From: the human T2T-CHM13v2.0 reference genome, Homo sapiens
Direction: 5' to 3' (one strand)
Length of the DNA: 64,000 nucleotides
NCBI RefSeq assembly: GCF_009914755.1
Contig: NC_060929.1
Positions 34,800 to 51,916 of this stretch are shown one piece after another (position 1 is the stretch's first letter; every line of letters starts with the position of its first letter). Below the pieces are notes generated by a model. The model saw nothing but the letters and a program-made list of their open reading frames with translations. It was not told the origin of the DNA and did no database searches. The translations under genes were made by a program, and so were the position numbers.

Positions 34800-35720
34800 A
34801 CTTGTAAGTATTTTGCTGCAAGGTCAGCTCTTCTCTTACAGCCCATTGACCTGCAGACCTGGGGTTTCATATGTATTCACTGAATAGAAAAACATACGTA
34901 GGAGCTCTCCAGCTATCCCTGCATACCCTGAGAACCAGTGGCAGCAGGAATAAGAATTCCCTTCACTTCCAAGATTAGGCTATAAGAGAAAAAATAAAAA
35001 AGAATTCAACAACCCTTGCTCTGCCACTTTCTTGTCAGGCTCTGGGAAAACAGGAATATCTTTCCCTGTCCCTCCTCCAAACTGCTGACAGTCTGTCTGA
35101 TGGAGACCTTGGTAGGTGCTCCATAGTCTGTTTTTGACCTGGGCCTGGGATAAGAAGGAAGGGCTTTTCAGCAGAGAAAAGTGCCTCAGTCACAGAGGCA
35201 TGCTGAGCAGAATGAGGACCTATGAGGGAGCTTGGTGGAGCCTGGCGGGGTGGAGAGGTACAGGAGTGCTTTCTAGCAATTTAGGCTTGTTAAGGAACAA
35301 AGCCAGGCTGTTTACTGAGTTCTCTTACCTGGTACTCAGATGGATTCTTCTAAATGAAAAGAGGTGATACAAATTTCCCCAAAATTGAGTCTTTGTGGCT
35401 TATGCTCGCAAACAGTGGCCTTCTCAAGATTTATACGGTGAGCCCTAAATTTGCCTTCTCACCCAGAAGAAAGTAAGGTACAAAATTTCCCTCATTCTTT
35501 CACGTCTTAGAATAAAGCATGCAGTCAGTGTAATTGTTGCGTTCAGCTGTCTATTTAAGGTAACACAGGAAGTCAGCAGTGCATTTTCAAGAAAAGCTGA
35601 TTACCATCTGTTATTAGTAATCATCTAAAAACATCACTAAGTATAAGCATTGGCAGTGGTCAGAGACACATAGATGAAAAGGGGGAAATTATCCATCATT
35701 TGGAATGTATTACCCCATAC
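34800..35720. promoter_or_regulatory. Candidate TH2-LCR enhancer (RHS5-like) in RAD50 intron 21
   Basis: Repeat-free island between Alus; GATAAG near 35148, CAGGAAGT (ETS) 35566-35573, GGAAAA (NFAT) near 35046; LCR assignment from recalled literature, boundaries guessed. Confidence 0.4.
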
Positions 35721-35838
35721 TAATACAATATACCAATTTAAATGATGTTAGAATATATCACTCAAGATATGGTGTTCTACCCCATGCCCAAAATGTTCTA
35801 CTCTCATTTTTCCCCAGATGTGGAAGGTTGCATATTAG

Positions 35839-36143
<305 letters not shown>

Positions 36144-36551
36144 GGTCATGCTTCTTTTAAGACTCATTGTAAACACGTAACCTTTACAGTTTTGCATCCA
36201 AGGTAGCCAGCTTTCTGTGAGGCTCTTCAGAGCCTGGGTCCCTGCATTCGAGGGGAGCTTCAGATGAGGGCTTTATTCAGGGCTCACCTTAGAGTCACCA
36301 TCTCTATCATGACCATGGATGCAGTAAGGTTTCACAGTAGCTCCTGCAACCTCAAGAGGGTAGATTACAAAACCCAAAGATAGCCAGTGGTGTTTCACAC
36401 CTAAACAAATGTTTATCTTGCCATAGTGATTGAACCATAGGCTGAATTGTAAAAGCTGATGTTTGGGAGTCTAGCTAAAGAAAACTAAGTTAATAGGTTT
36501 AAAGAAGCAAGAGCTGGAAGGGTCTTCTCCTGGAAGGTGAGATATTGGTCT

Positions 36552-36739
36552 GTGGGGTGTCCAAGGGAGAGAATCCAGTCATGGGTTCTTAGCTTCTCTT
36601 TCTGGTTGGACCAGTAAAGCCTCTTCCTCATCCCTCTTTTCTGCTCATCACTAGAGACAAAACTAAAAACCATGGCTTCAGTCTGCTAAAAGCCTAGAAC
36701 AAAACAGAACAACAAAATAAGGCAGGCTGGACAAGCTTG
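36552..36739. mobile_element. Possible short non-autonomous hAT-type element
   Basis: Imperfect terminal inverted ends ggggtgtccaa ... ctggacaagcttg; family not identified. Confidence 0.3.
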
Positions 36740-36902
36740 TTAAGACTTTCATGGATTACCAGAAATATAAATGCCATTAAAGCCATCATTTTTCCTCATA
36801 AAATGCAATCGATTGTTACTGAAATTTTTAATGAAATCTTTCAGACTCTTAATGAGTATTTAAATATCAGACTAAAGTAATTTATAAATCATTATTTTCT
36901 GA

Positions 36903-37221
<319 letters not shown>

Positions 37222-38889
37222 TCTCACTTTAAGAGCCAGTTTTCACAAAGAAATCATACTACTTCGCATGAGTTAGTATATGCATTTAACTGAGAGATGT
37301 GCATACTCCAGGCAGGTGGTGGAGCTGATACACTAGCCAGATGGCTACTTGACCATAACAGTTTGCAGCCCATGAAATTCAAATCTTTGCCTCACCAGAC
37401 AGTCATGGACTTTCAAGGTCATTCTGTAAGTTATTTGATGTTAAATGCCTGTAAAGTCCAAGTGATAAAAGCGTGTTAAGTTAATTGGGCCACTATATGT
37501 CACTCAATAGCTCCTATAGGGTTCTTGTACAGGATCTCACTCTGTCACCCAGGCTGGAGTGCAGTGCTATGATCACAGCTCACTGCAGCCTTGACTTCCT
37601 GGGATCAAGCTATCCTCCCACCTTAGCTTCCCAAAGTGCTGGGATTGCAGGTGTGAGCCACCGCACCCAGCCCAGAGCTGCCTTCTTTCCATGGCTTCAG
37701 CCTAAGTAACTCTCACCTATTACCGTGGCACCTTTCCCACCTCTTATCTCTTACCGTCCTTCCTACCCCCACCTCCACCCATTATACTTCTGCCAGCTTC
37801 ATTTTCCTAAAGCTGGTGGTCCCTATTCCCTTCTAATTTTAGGAATGACTTCCATACCTGGGCTTTCCCATTTCAATTCCTACTACCAAGTGTGTTCTAA
37901 CCAAACAATTTTGTCCCATATTTTCCTGTGCTATCTCTCCCATCCTTGGAATGTTATGTTGATTAAGCCCTTCCCAAACATATGTGATTTTTTTCCTACC
38001 TTTGTACTTAATAATATTTTGTACCACTTATACAACTAAAGCCATTCAGCCTTGTATTACAGATATTTGGGCTTCCCCACGCTCCATAACTGCAAACCAC
38101 AGAACACACTTCAAGGTAGACTTAGGCTCATTTCCATGACAGTGTCTAACTTTGATTCAGCCCTTAAGAATTATTAAGTTGGTGACATATTTTCATTTCC
38201 CTCACAATGGCTTTGCACATAGTACACCCAAATACATCTTTTTTGTTCTTTGTAAGCATTATCACAAGGTAGATATTTTTCTGAGTTTTTTTTTCCATTT
38301 AACGTGGTGATAATCTTTTACGTTCATATATTCAAGTACCTTGTATTTTTAATGGCTGCATATTCTGTAAAATGCATGATATCTACTTTATTTAACCACT
38401 ATTGAACATATTAGAAAGCTTTTAAATATGTGCTACTACAGATAATGCTGCAGAGTGTGTCTTTGCACACTAAAGCAGATATGTCAAAAAGACAGCTTCC
38501 TAGAAATGGAGTTACTGGCTCAGATGTTATGTATATTTTTTAGTTAATGCCAAATTGCCTTCTAAAAACACTTAGAAAATTTCCACCAATAGTATATGAA
38601 AGTGCCCATTCCATGTCTGGATTTTGTTACTGACATTTTATTGGCTGCACAAAAAAAGCTTGCACTTTAATTTACATTTCCCTCTTTACTAGTGAAGTTA
38701 AATGTCTTTTTGTATGTTGTCTATTTGTATTTCTTCTCCAAGAATTACCTATTCATATCTCTTTGCCAGTTTTTCTACTAGGTTGTCTGTTTCTTGATTT
38801 GTCACATTTTAATAGATTCTAGATGTTAATTATTTTCACATACATTGCAAGTACCTATTCCCAGTTTATCGTTTGTCCATCAATTTTCT

Positions 38890-38900
<11 letters not shown>

Positions 38901-38920
<20 letters not shown>

Positions 38921-39640
38921 GAGACAGAGTCTAGCTCTGTCGTCCAGGCTGGAGTGCAGTGGCACAATCTCAGCTTACTTCCTTCCGCCTCCATCTCCCG
39001 GGTTGAAGCGATTCTCCTGCCTCAGCCTCCCGAGTAGCTGGGACTACAGGCATGTACCACCACGCCTGGCTAATTTTTGTATTTTTAGTAGAGACAGGGT
39101 TACACCATGTTGGTCAGGCTGGTCTCAAACTCCTGACCTCAAGTGATCTGCCTGCCTTGGCCTCCTAAAGTGTTGGGATTACAGGTGTGAGCCACCGCAC
39201 CCAGCTGCCTCAGCTTTCTTTATGGTATCTTTTGTAACTTTTAATTTTTAGGTAGTCAAATCTTTAGTCTTTTGATTTATGGCTTCTCAATTTTGTTCCT
39301 TATTTAGAAAGGCTTCCCAATCCTAAAATTATCAAAATGTTTTCATCTGATTGTTTTATTTTACCTTAGCTTTTGTTTTTTGTTTTTTGTTTTTTCAGAC
39401 AGGGTCTTACTCTGTCACCGAGGCTGGAGTGCAGTGGCATGATCACAGCTTACTGTAGCTTCAACTTCCCGGGCTCAGTTGATCCTCTCACCTCAGCCTC
39501 CCAAGTAGCTGGGACTACAGGCACTCACCACCACACCCAGCTAATTTTTAAATTTTTTTGTAGAGATGGGATCTCACTATGTTGCCCAGGCTGGTCTCAA
39601 ACTCCAGGCTCAAGCAATCCTCCCACCTCAGCTGCCCAAA
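38901..39640 (-). mobile_element. Two antisense Alus (about 38901-39209 and 39372-39640) within old antisense L1
   Basis: Alu consensus matches; T-rich L1M-like flanks. Confidence 0.85.
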
Positions 39641-41699
39641 TACTTTAGCTTTTAATCCTTTCATTCATTTGGATTTTATTTTGAGGTTGGATAACGGGTA
39701 ATAATTTTTTTTTTATCTTTTGTAACACTGTTGAAAACTTTCCAGTTGATTTGAACTGTTGCAGTTATAAACTAACGTTCTATATGCATTTGGGTTTGTT
39801 TCTGGATTTTCCTTTGTATACCAACTTTTAAAATTTATTTTTTTTCTTTTGTATTATCTCTTCTATATGAACTTTAGAGTCAGCTTATGGATTCTGTTAA
39901 GCATTTTTTAATTTTATTGGGGTTTCTGTTTGGATTGCATTTAATTTATGGATTATTTGAGGAGAACGGACATCTTTGTAATATCACATCTACCATTCTG
40001 GACTCCTTAGTATGCATCTCCTGCTCAATCATTTCCTTTTATCCTATTGTAAAGTTTTACAGCTTTTTCCTCTAGCTCCTATACCCTTTTGTTAGACTTA
40101 TTCCTAGGCATTTTAGGGTTTTTATCGCCACTGTGAATAGGATCCTTTTTTTTTCTATTGCCTTTCCTATTGGTGTTTGCCTCTAGATAATAAAACTTCA
40201 TTTTTATATATTTATCTCTGGCTATCTCATTAGTCTGAATAATTTTTCAGTTGATTTTCTTGGATTTTCTAAGCATACAATTCTGTCACCTGCAAAAATA
40301 ATGACAGGCTTTTCTCTCTTTTTTTCATTTCTCATTTCTTTTTAGGTAGGGATTTGAATCGTGAAATCCCTGAATCGTTAGGGATTTCCAGGACCTTATT
40401 TTAGAGCAGCCATAATAGGAGGCATCTTTCTCTTCTTAGTTTTAGGAGGAACACTTCTATAGATTTTAAATTAAATTTGATGCTTGCTGTGGATATCTGA
40501 GGGAGTCATTTTGTCCAGTTAAGAAAACATTCTTTGATTTTTCACTTAAGATATTTTATCAAAATTCAGTGTTATAGTGTATCAAATGTTTTTATGACAT
40601 CTATTGAAAAATTATTTTTTTCTTTTTAATCTGCTACTATATTAGTTGAATTATTTTCCCCAGTTTTACTGTTTCTTTCTTGTTGTAAACACTACTTGGT
40701 CATGATATATTCTTTTTACTACCCTTACTACTAAATTTCGTTTTATTTAGAATGTTTATATTCATAAGAAAAATAGCCTTGTACTTTTTTCCCCTTATGT
40801 TTCTCCTTGCTGTGTCATACCTTATATACTTGGGAGCTAGGTGTGTCTTGAAGATTTGATAACATTCCCTCATAAAACTGAGTCTGGTGGCTTTAAAAGA
40901 TGGAATTTTGACTGCCTTTTCAATTTTAACTGTCATATTCAAGGGCTGTTAATATCCTAGCCACTTTTCTCTGATCTTGAACAAGTCACTGATTTCATTG
41001 AATCTTAGTTTTGTTAATGGTAAATAGAGATAACAGTATCTAATTCCCAGTATTGTCGTAAGGATTAAATGAAATTGATTATTTAGCATAGTTTTGTCTC
41101 GCATATGGTAAATGGTCATCAATAATAATCATTATTATCATTGTTATTCCCTTATGTAGATTACTGTAGCGACCTTAGTCATCCCCATCTCTTACACAGT
41201 ACAGCTGTAAATTCCATAGTAGACAGAGAGGATACGAAGATGAGTTAATGGTCCGTCCCACAGTGGTAGTCATCAACTCCATCCGACACACTCTTTGGTG
41301 GGTTGAGACCTCTCCCTGAACTAGATCTTTTTCCCGCAGTGCTGTGTCTCAGCAGACCTGGCCATGGGACAGGATGCACCACCTGTGTTGTATAAGGGAG
41401 CCAAGGCAGACTGCACGTGTGCGCCTTGGCCACCCCTGCCTTGTCTGGAGCTTGTTCTCCACATTAGAATGCTTATGTTAGTTTTTGAAGATTTTTAACT
41501 TGAATGGAAAGATAACTTTTTTTTAATGTCATTTGAAAAATCAGGATCATGATATATAAGCTATGGAAAGGCAGTCTTTACATGATTGGTCTAACATTCC
41601 ATCAGTTTTGTTTTGTTTTTAGGAAATACTTAGATGTTTTGTCTCCTTTTGAAAGGAGCATAAAATGTTAGGCTGAGATAAATGTATAAGGTAGAAAAT

Positions 41700-43064
<1,365 letters not shown>

Positions 43065-43314
43065 TGACCTCTCATCATGCCAGCATTACCTCCCTGGACC
43101 CCTTTCTAAGCATGTCTTTGAGATTTTCTAAGAATTCTTATCTTGGCAACATCTTGTAGCAAGAAAATGTAAAGTTTTCTGTTCCAGAGCCTAACAGGAC
43201 TTACATATTTGACTGCAGTAGGCATTATATTTAGCTGATGACATAATAGGTTCTGTCATAGTGTAGATAGGGATAAGCCAAAATGCAATAAGAAAAACCA
43301 TCCAGAGGAAACTC

Positions 43315-43633
43315 TTTTTTTTTTCTTTTTCTTTTTTTTTTTTCCAGATGGAGTCTCGCACTTCTCTGTCACCCGGGCTGGAGCGCAGTGGTGCAATCTT
43401 GGCTCACTGCAACCTCCACCTCCTGGGTTCAGGTGATTCTCCCACCTCAGCCTCCCGAGTAGTAGCTGGAATTACAGGTGCGCGCTCCCACACCTGGCTA
43501 ATTTTTTGTATTCTTAGTAGAGATGGGGTTTCACCATGTTGGCCAGGCTGGTCTCAAACTCCTGCCCTCAGGTGATCTGCCCACCTTGGCCTCCCAGTGT
43601 TGGGTTTACAGGCGTGAGCCACCGCGCCTGGCC
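43315..43633 (-). mobile_element. AluS with TSD in intron 22
   Basis: gaggaaactctt at 43305 and 43637. Confidence 0.92.
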
Positions 43634-43860
43634 TGGAGGAAACTCTTAACAGGGAAACTAAGAAAGAGTTGAGGCTGAGGAACTGGGGCATCTGGGTTGC
43701 TTCTGGCCAGACCACCAGGCTCTTGAATCCTCCCAGCCAGAGAAAGAGTTTCCACACCAGCCATTGTTTTCCTCTGGTAATGTCAGCCTCATCTGTTGTT
43801 CCTAGGCTTACTTGATATGTTTGTAAATGACAAAAGGCTACAGAGCATAGGTTCCTCTAA

Positions 43861-44064
<204 letters not shown>

Positions 44065-44876
44065 TAACTGAAAGAGAGAAACAAACATCAGTGCAGTGGA
44101 AGCACCCAAGGCTACACCTGAATGGTGGGAAGCTCTTTGCTGCTATATAAAATGAATCAGGCTCAGCTACTATTATTACACTCTCCTGAAGCTAACCAAC
44201 ATTTCCTGCAACATTATGTAGACTTTTAAAAGAAGGGCCTGAAGCATTCTCACAGGATAGGCTAAATGTAGAACAAGAAGCTGAAGACCCGTTAGAGTTT
44301 TCATGGCACTCCTTATCAGAATAAGGTCACTGTCTCATCAGTTATAAGACATACCACTATTTTATGTGCCAGCAGGAATGAAAAAATGCAATTATAACCA
44401 TAAGATGTTTCAGAATCAATGACATAATAGTATTGCAAACCAGATTCTAGCTTAAGCTAGAATGAATATTCCAGTATAGTAAGGAGTCTCATTAAGAAAG
44501 TAGCCCCTCATAGAACTAAGTCCCTACCACAGCATACACAAAGACTTAGCTGCTGGGTCAGGCCATCTGGCTTCAGGTAAGGCTCTGTGAGGACAGCCTA
44601 CATTGGAAATCAGGAAGAGGAATGAAGTTTTAAAGAATCAGGAATATGGCATCCTTGGGGAACAAGGCTGGATCCTTCACTGTGCACAGGTTTGTAACAA
44701 AGATGTCACAGATACTTGAGCTTTCTGCTTTCAGATCAAGGCAGAAGATTACACTTGATAACACCTCTAGGCCCTTGACTTTTTTTAAATAAAATTCTAA
44801 AATCATAGAAATAGATGCTTACATTATCTAACTCATTTTCATAGTTTGCAGTTTTTGCTTAAAGAACATGCCATGC

Positions 44877-45208
<332 letters not shown>

Positions 45209-46431
45209 CTAGACAGCTGATCCCAATTTAAAGCATCTGCAGATTACTGTCTAAATCATAGTCTACAAAAATGACAAACTTGTGATCTGTAATCAGTATC
45301 CCTACGTGCTTTGATGATTTTTAGTGGTAATTATAAATGAGAAAATACAGAGTTTGAAACATGGTCTCTTTGAATTAAAAATACTTTCAAAAATATCTTG
45401 AGGAAAAAGATTTTTTGTAGCTATTCTGAGTTATGAAAATTAATTAGCAATAATTGTCTCCTTGGTGTGAGGGGAGAGAACAAATAATGGAGGTGGGCCT
45501 CCAGCCTACCTAACACTGGCTTTTGCTGAGGCTCTAGCAGCCAGCCAGGGGCTCTGCATGTGAGTGGGTGGTGGTAGAGTTGACAGCAGTTTGGATTCAA
45601 AGACAGGAAGGAAATGCCTGTCCCTCACAGGGCCAAGCTGTGGCCCTGTCTTCTGGCTTGCCTAGGCATTAAAGAAAAGACATAAACTATTCTAAAATTA
45701 CCAACTCACTGATGTGTGCGCACCCACCCACAAACTGAGGGGGAAAGGGGACTTACAGCTCACACCAGAGTAGTTTATACTTCCTAGAATAGCCCTACTC
45801 TCTCAATTCTGTGTGTCTTGTATCCTCAGATGGTTTCAGTGGGTCTGAGGGTTTTAGTATTAGGTTTCTAGTAACCACGAAAATGCCTAACAGTTCCAGT
45901 TACTTGGATTTTCTACAGGTAAGCTTAACTGAAACCACATTTCTATACTCCTGATACTTTGACCTAGGATTTTCTTTTTTATTCTCTCAGTCTCAGGATT
46001 ATACACAAGAATATGGAAATTTAAAGGTAGCAGAGAAAAAGTGAGAGGCTCTAGAAAACGTGTCGAAGTTTTCTAACAGATCCCATTATCAGGCAAATAG
46101 CCAGGTCAAGAATTTTTAAGGTTGCTCATCTTACAGGATTATTAAAATTACAGATAAATGGCATTGTCTCTGTTTCTAGCCTTTGGTCTCAAGTTGGTTG
46201 TAGCTGATGTAATTTTTTATGTGAGAGCATCAGCGTTGTTCTGAGCATTTTGTTTTGTGGTGAATGATAGGCTGAGATCATGCAGGTTCTCCTTCTGGAG
46301 GACATAAGAATCTGGTCCCAGTGCTGGGCTCTCCCAGAGGGCAGTGCTTTACCTAACAGTGAACCTGTGACGTTTCCCACTTTTCCCTGCTGAAAAGATC
46401 ATGTCAGGACTGCTTGCCTGCCATGAGATGA

Positions 46432-46648
<217 letters not shown>

Positions 46649-46649
46649 A

Positions 46650-47650
46650 CATTTGGGGACAGGTTGTGATAGTTCTTCAAAACCAAGAGAGTTCTGTGAT
46701 GAAAACGTTCTCTAGCTGTGTTCCCCACTTCTTGGGGAAGCCAGTTGGTGCCAGGCCCTGGGCTTTACCTTTTGATAGTAATTCTTCAGATCCCTCCTAA
46801 AGGAACTAGATGGTGAACAGCAGCCCCAGACACATCCTGCAGCTCCCCAAGTGTGTTCACAGGGAGAGAGTCACTGTGAGGGGTTCCTGGCCTGGTTTTC
46901 CTGTAAACCTACCAGAGGAACCCACATGTCATGCACAGCAATTAGCATGCCCTGCTAAGACATCTGCAGGTAGTGGTAGTGGGTTTAGGACTGTCTCCCC
47001 AGCTTTCCACATGTGTCAGAGAACTGTGAGGAATGACAGAGCTCTTACTCAAAAAGCTTATTTGAGATTAGGTAAAGTCCAGTGAGGGTAAAATTGCACA
47101 CCTTTTACCACATTCACCTGGGGTCAGTGTAGACGCCAAGGTTGTCAAGCAGCTCTTGCATAAGGACTATGCTGGCAGAGAAAAAGGCAGTTTCCCTGAG
47201 GTCAAAGGAGGTGTTTCAGGCACTCCTGGCTCCAGACAGTCCCTTTCTGGCAGAGAGGGCCAGAAGGAGAGCTCAGCAGCGCAGGGCCACCTTTCTGCAG
47301 CCATCATCACAAGTAAGGGCGAGTGCTTTTGAAACCTCAAATGCATCCAGCTCCAGGAAGGGGATAAGTGGCTAGCTAAAAGAAAAAGTCTTTCAGGTTT
47401 CAGTCACATTGCTGGTTACCTCAGCAAAATGTTCCCAGAACACCCACTCAGGTCCCTGTGTGTCATAGTAATGATGCATCTAGTGACTGGTGGTGGCAGA
47501 ATTCTAAGTAGACCCAGCTCTTAAGAAAGCAGTGTTATTCCCCTTACCTGTAGTTTGTCTTTATTACTTTTAAATTTTTCTTCCAGAGAAAAGTAGTAAC
47601 AGGTCAGGAAAATCCCAGGCGAAGGAGTAAGCCTTCTATAGTTGAACAGT
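46650..47650. promoter_or_regulatory. Candidate TH2-LCR enhancer RHS7 in intron 24
   Basis: Repeat-free intron; TGATAG x2, ACCACA (RUNX) 47107-47112, CAGAC (SMAD) 47233-47237, GATAAG 47363-47368, TTCCCAGAA (STAT5-type) 47432-47440, TTCCAGAGAA (STAT6-type) 47581-47590. Confidence 0.55.
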
Positions 47651-47965
47651 TTGGATATTAAGGAAAACTCAATAAAATATTTATACCTGCTTTAGTGAGA
47701 ACTTCTGATCTGGAAGAAACTAGTTCTTGTATTCCTGTGAGTCCCTAAGCCAGACCTAAGTGAGGAGTCAGGCCATGTGTCCCTACTGTCTGGAGAGGAG
47801 AAGAGACTCCTGCCTGGCTGGCCTGAAGGCCTGGGGCCACCCCTCCACTTCCTGCAGGGTAGCTGGGGCCCTGACACACAGCACAAGTTCATGTGTCTGA
47901 CAAGGTTTGCGGTGACTTTTCAAATCAAAGAAGGGGTTATGCTCTTTACTAATAATATGTTCTGA

Positions 47966-48166
<201 letters not shown>

Positions 48167-49377
48167 AAATATCCAAGATTTAAATGCCATAGAAATGTAG
48201 GTCCTCAGAAAGTGTATAATAAGAAACTTATTTCTCATATCAACTTAGTCAATAAGAAAATATATTCTTTCAAAGGAACATTGTGTCTAGGATTTTGGAT
48301 GTTGAGAGGTTCTAAAATCATGAAACTTGTTTCACTGAAAATTGGACAGATTGCCTGTTTCTGATTTGCTGCTCTTCATCCCATTCCAGGCAGCCTCTGT
48401 CAGGCCTTCAGGGTTCAGCAGTACAGCCGAGACTCGACTCTGTGCCTCCCTCCCCAGTGCAAATGCATGCTTCTTCTCAAAGCACTGTTGAGAAGGAGAT
48501 AATTACTGCCTTGAAAATTTATGGTTTTGGTATTTTTTTAAATCATAGTTAAATGTTACCTCTGAATTTACTTCCTTGCATGTGGTTTGAAAAACTGAGT
48601 ATTAATATCTGAGGATGACCAGAAATGGTGAGATGTATGTTTGGCTCTGCTTTTAACTTTATAAATCCAGTGACCTCTCTCTCTGGGACTTGGTTTCCCC
48701 AACTAAAATTTGAAGTAGTTGAATGGGGTCTCAAAGTTTGACAGGAACCTTAAGTAATCATCTAAGTCAGTACCCACCACCTTCTTCTCCTACATATCCC
48801 TTCCAGATGGTCATCCAGACTCAGAGCTCTCTCTACAGAGAGGAAATTCTCCACTGTGCACACCCACCTTTGGAAAGCTCTGACCACTTGAGGCCTGATC
48901 TGCCCATCGTGAAGAAGCCTGTAACACTCCTCTGCGTCTATCCTGTGTAGCATACTGGCTTCACCATCAATCCTGATTCCTCTCTAAGTGGGCATTGCCA
49001 TGTGGAAGGCAAGCCAGGCTCACTCACAGAGTCAAGGCCTGCTCCCTGTAGGGTCCAACCAGACCTGGAAGAACAGGCCTCTCCATTTGCTCTTCAGATG
49101 CCACTTCTAAGAAAAGCCTAATCACAGTTTTTCCTGGAATTGCCAGCTGACATCTTGAATCCTTCCATTCCACACAGAATGCAACCAAGTCACACGCTTT
49201 TGAATTATGCTTTGTAGAGTTTTGTCATTCAGAGTCAGCCAGGACCATACCGGGTCTTGATTCAGTCACATGGCATGGTTTTGTGCCATCTGTAGCTATA
49301 ATGAGCATGTTTGCCTAGACAGCTTTTCTCAACTGGGTCCAGAAGAGAATTAAGCCCTAAGGTCCTAAGGCATCTAT

Positions 49378-49560
49378 CTGTGCTAGGTTAAATGGTTGGC
49401 CCCCAAAGATAGACAGGTCCTGATTTCTAGAACCCGTGACTGTTACTTTATACAGCAAAGGAAACTTTGCAGATGTGATTAAAGCTAAGGACCTTAAGAC
49501 AGAGTATCCTGGGGGTGGTGGTGGGGTGGGGGGGGGTCCTAAATGTAATCACGAGTAAGA
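49378..49560 (+). mobile_element. MLT1-type LTR fragment in 3' UTR
   Basis: ggcccccaaagat...actttgcagatgtgattaa...cctaaatgtaatcac. Confidence 0.65.
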
Positions 49561-49675
49561 TTAAGAGCAAATCAATTCTAGTCATATATTAAACATCCAC
49601 AATAACCAAGATATTTTTATCCCAAGAATGCAAGATTTCAGAAAATGAAAAATCTGTTGATAAATCCATCACTAT

Positions 49676-49840
49676 AATAAAACCGAAGGTGAAAAAAATT
49701 CTGAAAAAATTCTAGCAGCTATATTTGATAAAATTCAACATCTCCTAGCTTTAGCAAACTCACAGTTTTGCAAATAATATTTTCTTAATGTTATCTGTTG
49801 CTAAATCAAAATTAAACAGTCATCTTAACTGCAAAATAAA
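49676..49840 (+). terminator. Candidate proximal polyadenylation signals
   Basis: AATAAA at 49676-49681 and 49835-49840, ATTAAA at 49811-49816. Confidence 0.5.
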
Positions 49841-50546
49841 ACATTTCTCAGTAAATATTAAAGCCAGTTACCTTCTATCAACATGTTAATGAAAGTGCTA
49901 GTTGTTGCAGCAAAGAATAACAAAGGCAATACACGATCAATATAGGCAGTGAAACAAAAGTATCATTTGCAAGTTAAAACAGACTTCCCAATTTTAAATC
50001 TGGTTTCCCCCTGAATATGTGGCATCCTTGGCAGCACTTCTGAGAGTGGCTGCTTTCATTCCAAGAAGCCCATGGGTTTGGAGGTGGGATAGGTGCCTTT
50101 CTGGCTTCTCATTGCTGCTTCTAGATCAGTCTCCAAATATCCCCCTTCCCCACATTGGAATGAATAGCCATCACAGCATGGATGGAGGTTAGAATGAGCC
50201 AGACTGCCTGGGCTCAAATCCTAGCACACCACTCACTAGCTGGGGACCTTGAGCAAGTTATTTGTCCTGTTTTCTGTTTCCTTATATGTAAAAGTGGGTA
50301 AAATGGTACATATTTTGTAGGGTTGTTATGAAGATTGAATGACATTATTTACAAACTGCTTAGAACTGCTTGCCACCTACTAAATACTGTGTAAGTGTTC
50401 AAGAAAAAGCTGTCTTCATTTCACTCTTGTTGCAGTTATCTTTCATTCCCAGCTTGGTCACTCCCTCTTATTTGTTGAAGAGTTTAGCTCCCGGTTCAGT
50501 GTCACCCCATTACTAATAATCATTGCTGATTTCAATATCCAAGTGA

Positions 50547-50831
<285 letters not shown>

Positions 50832-51694
50832 TCAGCCCCTTTTTGTTTCCTCCAGTGAGAAGATACTCAGTTCTATGGTCTTATTCTAGAGCCCCGTCCT
50901 TTTAATAACAATAACTGCACCCCTCCAAAATCTCAGTTTTAAGCATCTCACTCTCCAATAACCCCATGGTGTCTACAATTTTCCTGTGGTCCTCAACCCC
51001 AGCAATTCTTTGACCCCACTGAGATTTCAATCCATTGATTCTATGGCTTTTTCACAGGTTGTTTCCCTGATGCCTGTACTTCTCTCCTTATTCAACTTAA
51101 ATTCCATGGCTCATCATTATGTCACCCTCCACTGCATTGTACTCAAACTGTCCCGACAATCCCCAGCCCTACTGGAATCCAGCTCTGCCTCCTCCCTGCA
51201 ACACCTGCACATCCCGTTTCCTTTGCTGTTTCCTCCTCATTTCCCTGGCCCCTCAATGTCACAGGTTTTAGTACTCAGAGTCTGCACCTCTTTTCTTCTC
51301 TGTGCTCACTTATTTGGTGATCTCATCCAGTCTCATAGCTTTAAATTATCTTAGTTTGGGTTCTCCCAGAAGCAGAGCGTAAAACAATGCTTCACGTGAA
51401 AGTAATCAGTAGGAAATTGGGGAAATTGTGTATGAAAGAGAAAGCAGCCAATGAAAAGTTTACTATTAAGCCAGCTACGGTAAGTGGGCAATTAGAGTTT
51501 GGTGCCCCAGGGAGACTCTGGGGAGTTTGGCAAAATATATACCTCAGAATTATCCCACCTAAGGGGCAAGAGACCTGGAGTATTTATATAACAACTTGCC
51601 AGGGTTACTGAGTGAAGGCTATTCTAGCACATGTTAGTTACTGGCTTGCCATGTGTACCGACACAGCTGCTTTCCACAGTTTAAAAAGAAAGTC

Positions 51695-51916
51695 TGAGCA
51701 ACATAGTGACATCCCATCTTTACATAAAATTTTTAAAAAATTAGCAAGGCATGGTGGTGCACACCTGTAGTCTCAGCTACTTGGCTGAGATAGGATCCCT
51801 GGAGTCTGAGGGTTCAAGGCTGCAGTGAGCTGTGATTTGTGCCACTGCACCCCAGCCTGGGTGGGTGGCAGAGTGAGACCCTGTCTAAAAAGACAAAAAA
51901 AAAAAAAAAAAAAAAG
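51695..51916 (+). mobile_element. AluJ (5'-truncated, sense) in extended 3' UTR
   Basis: Right arm plus part of left arm, A tail. Confidence 0.85.
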
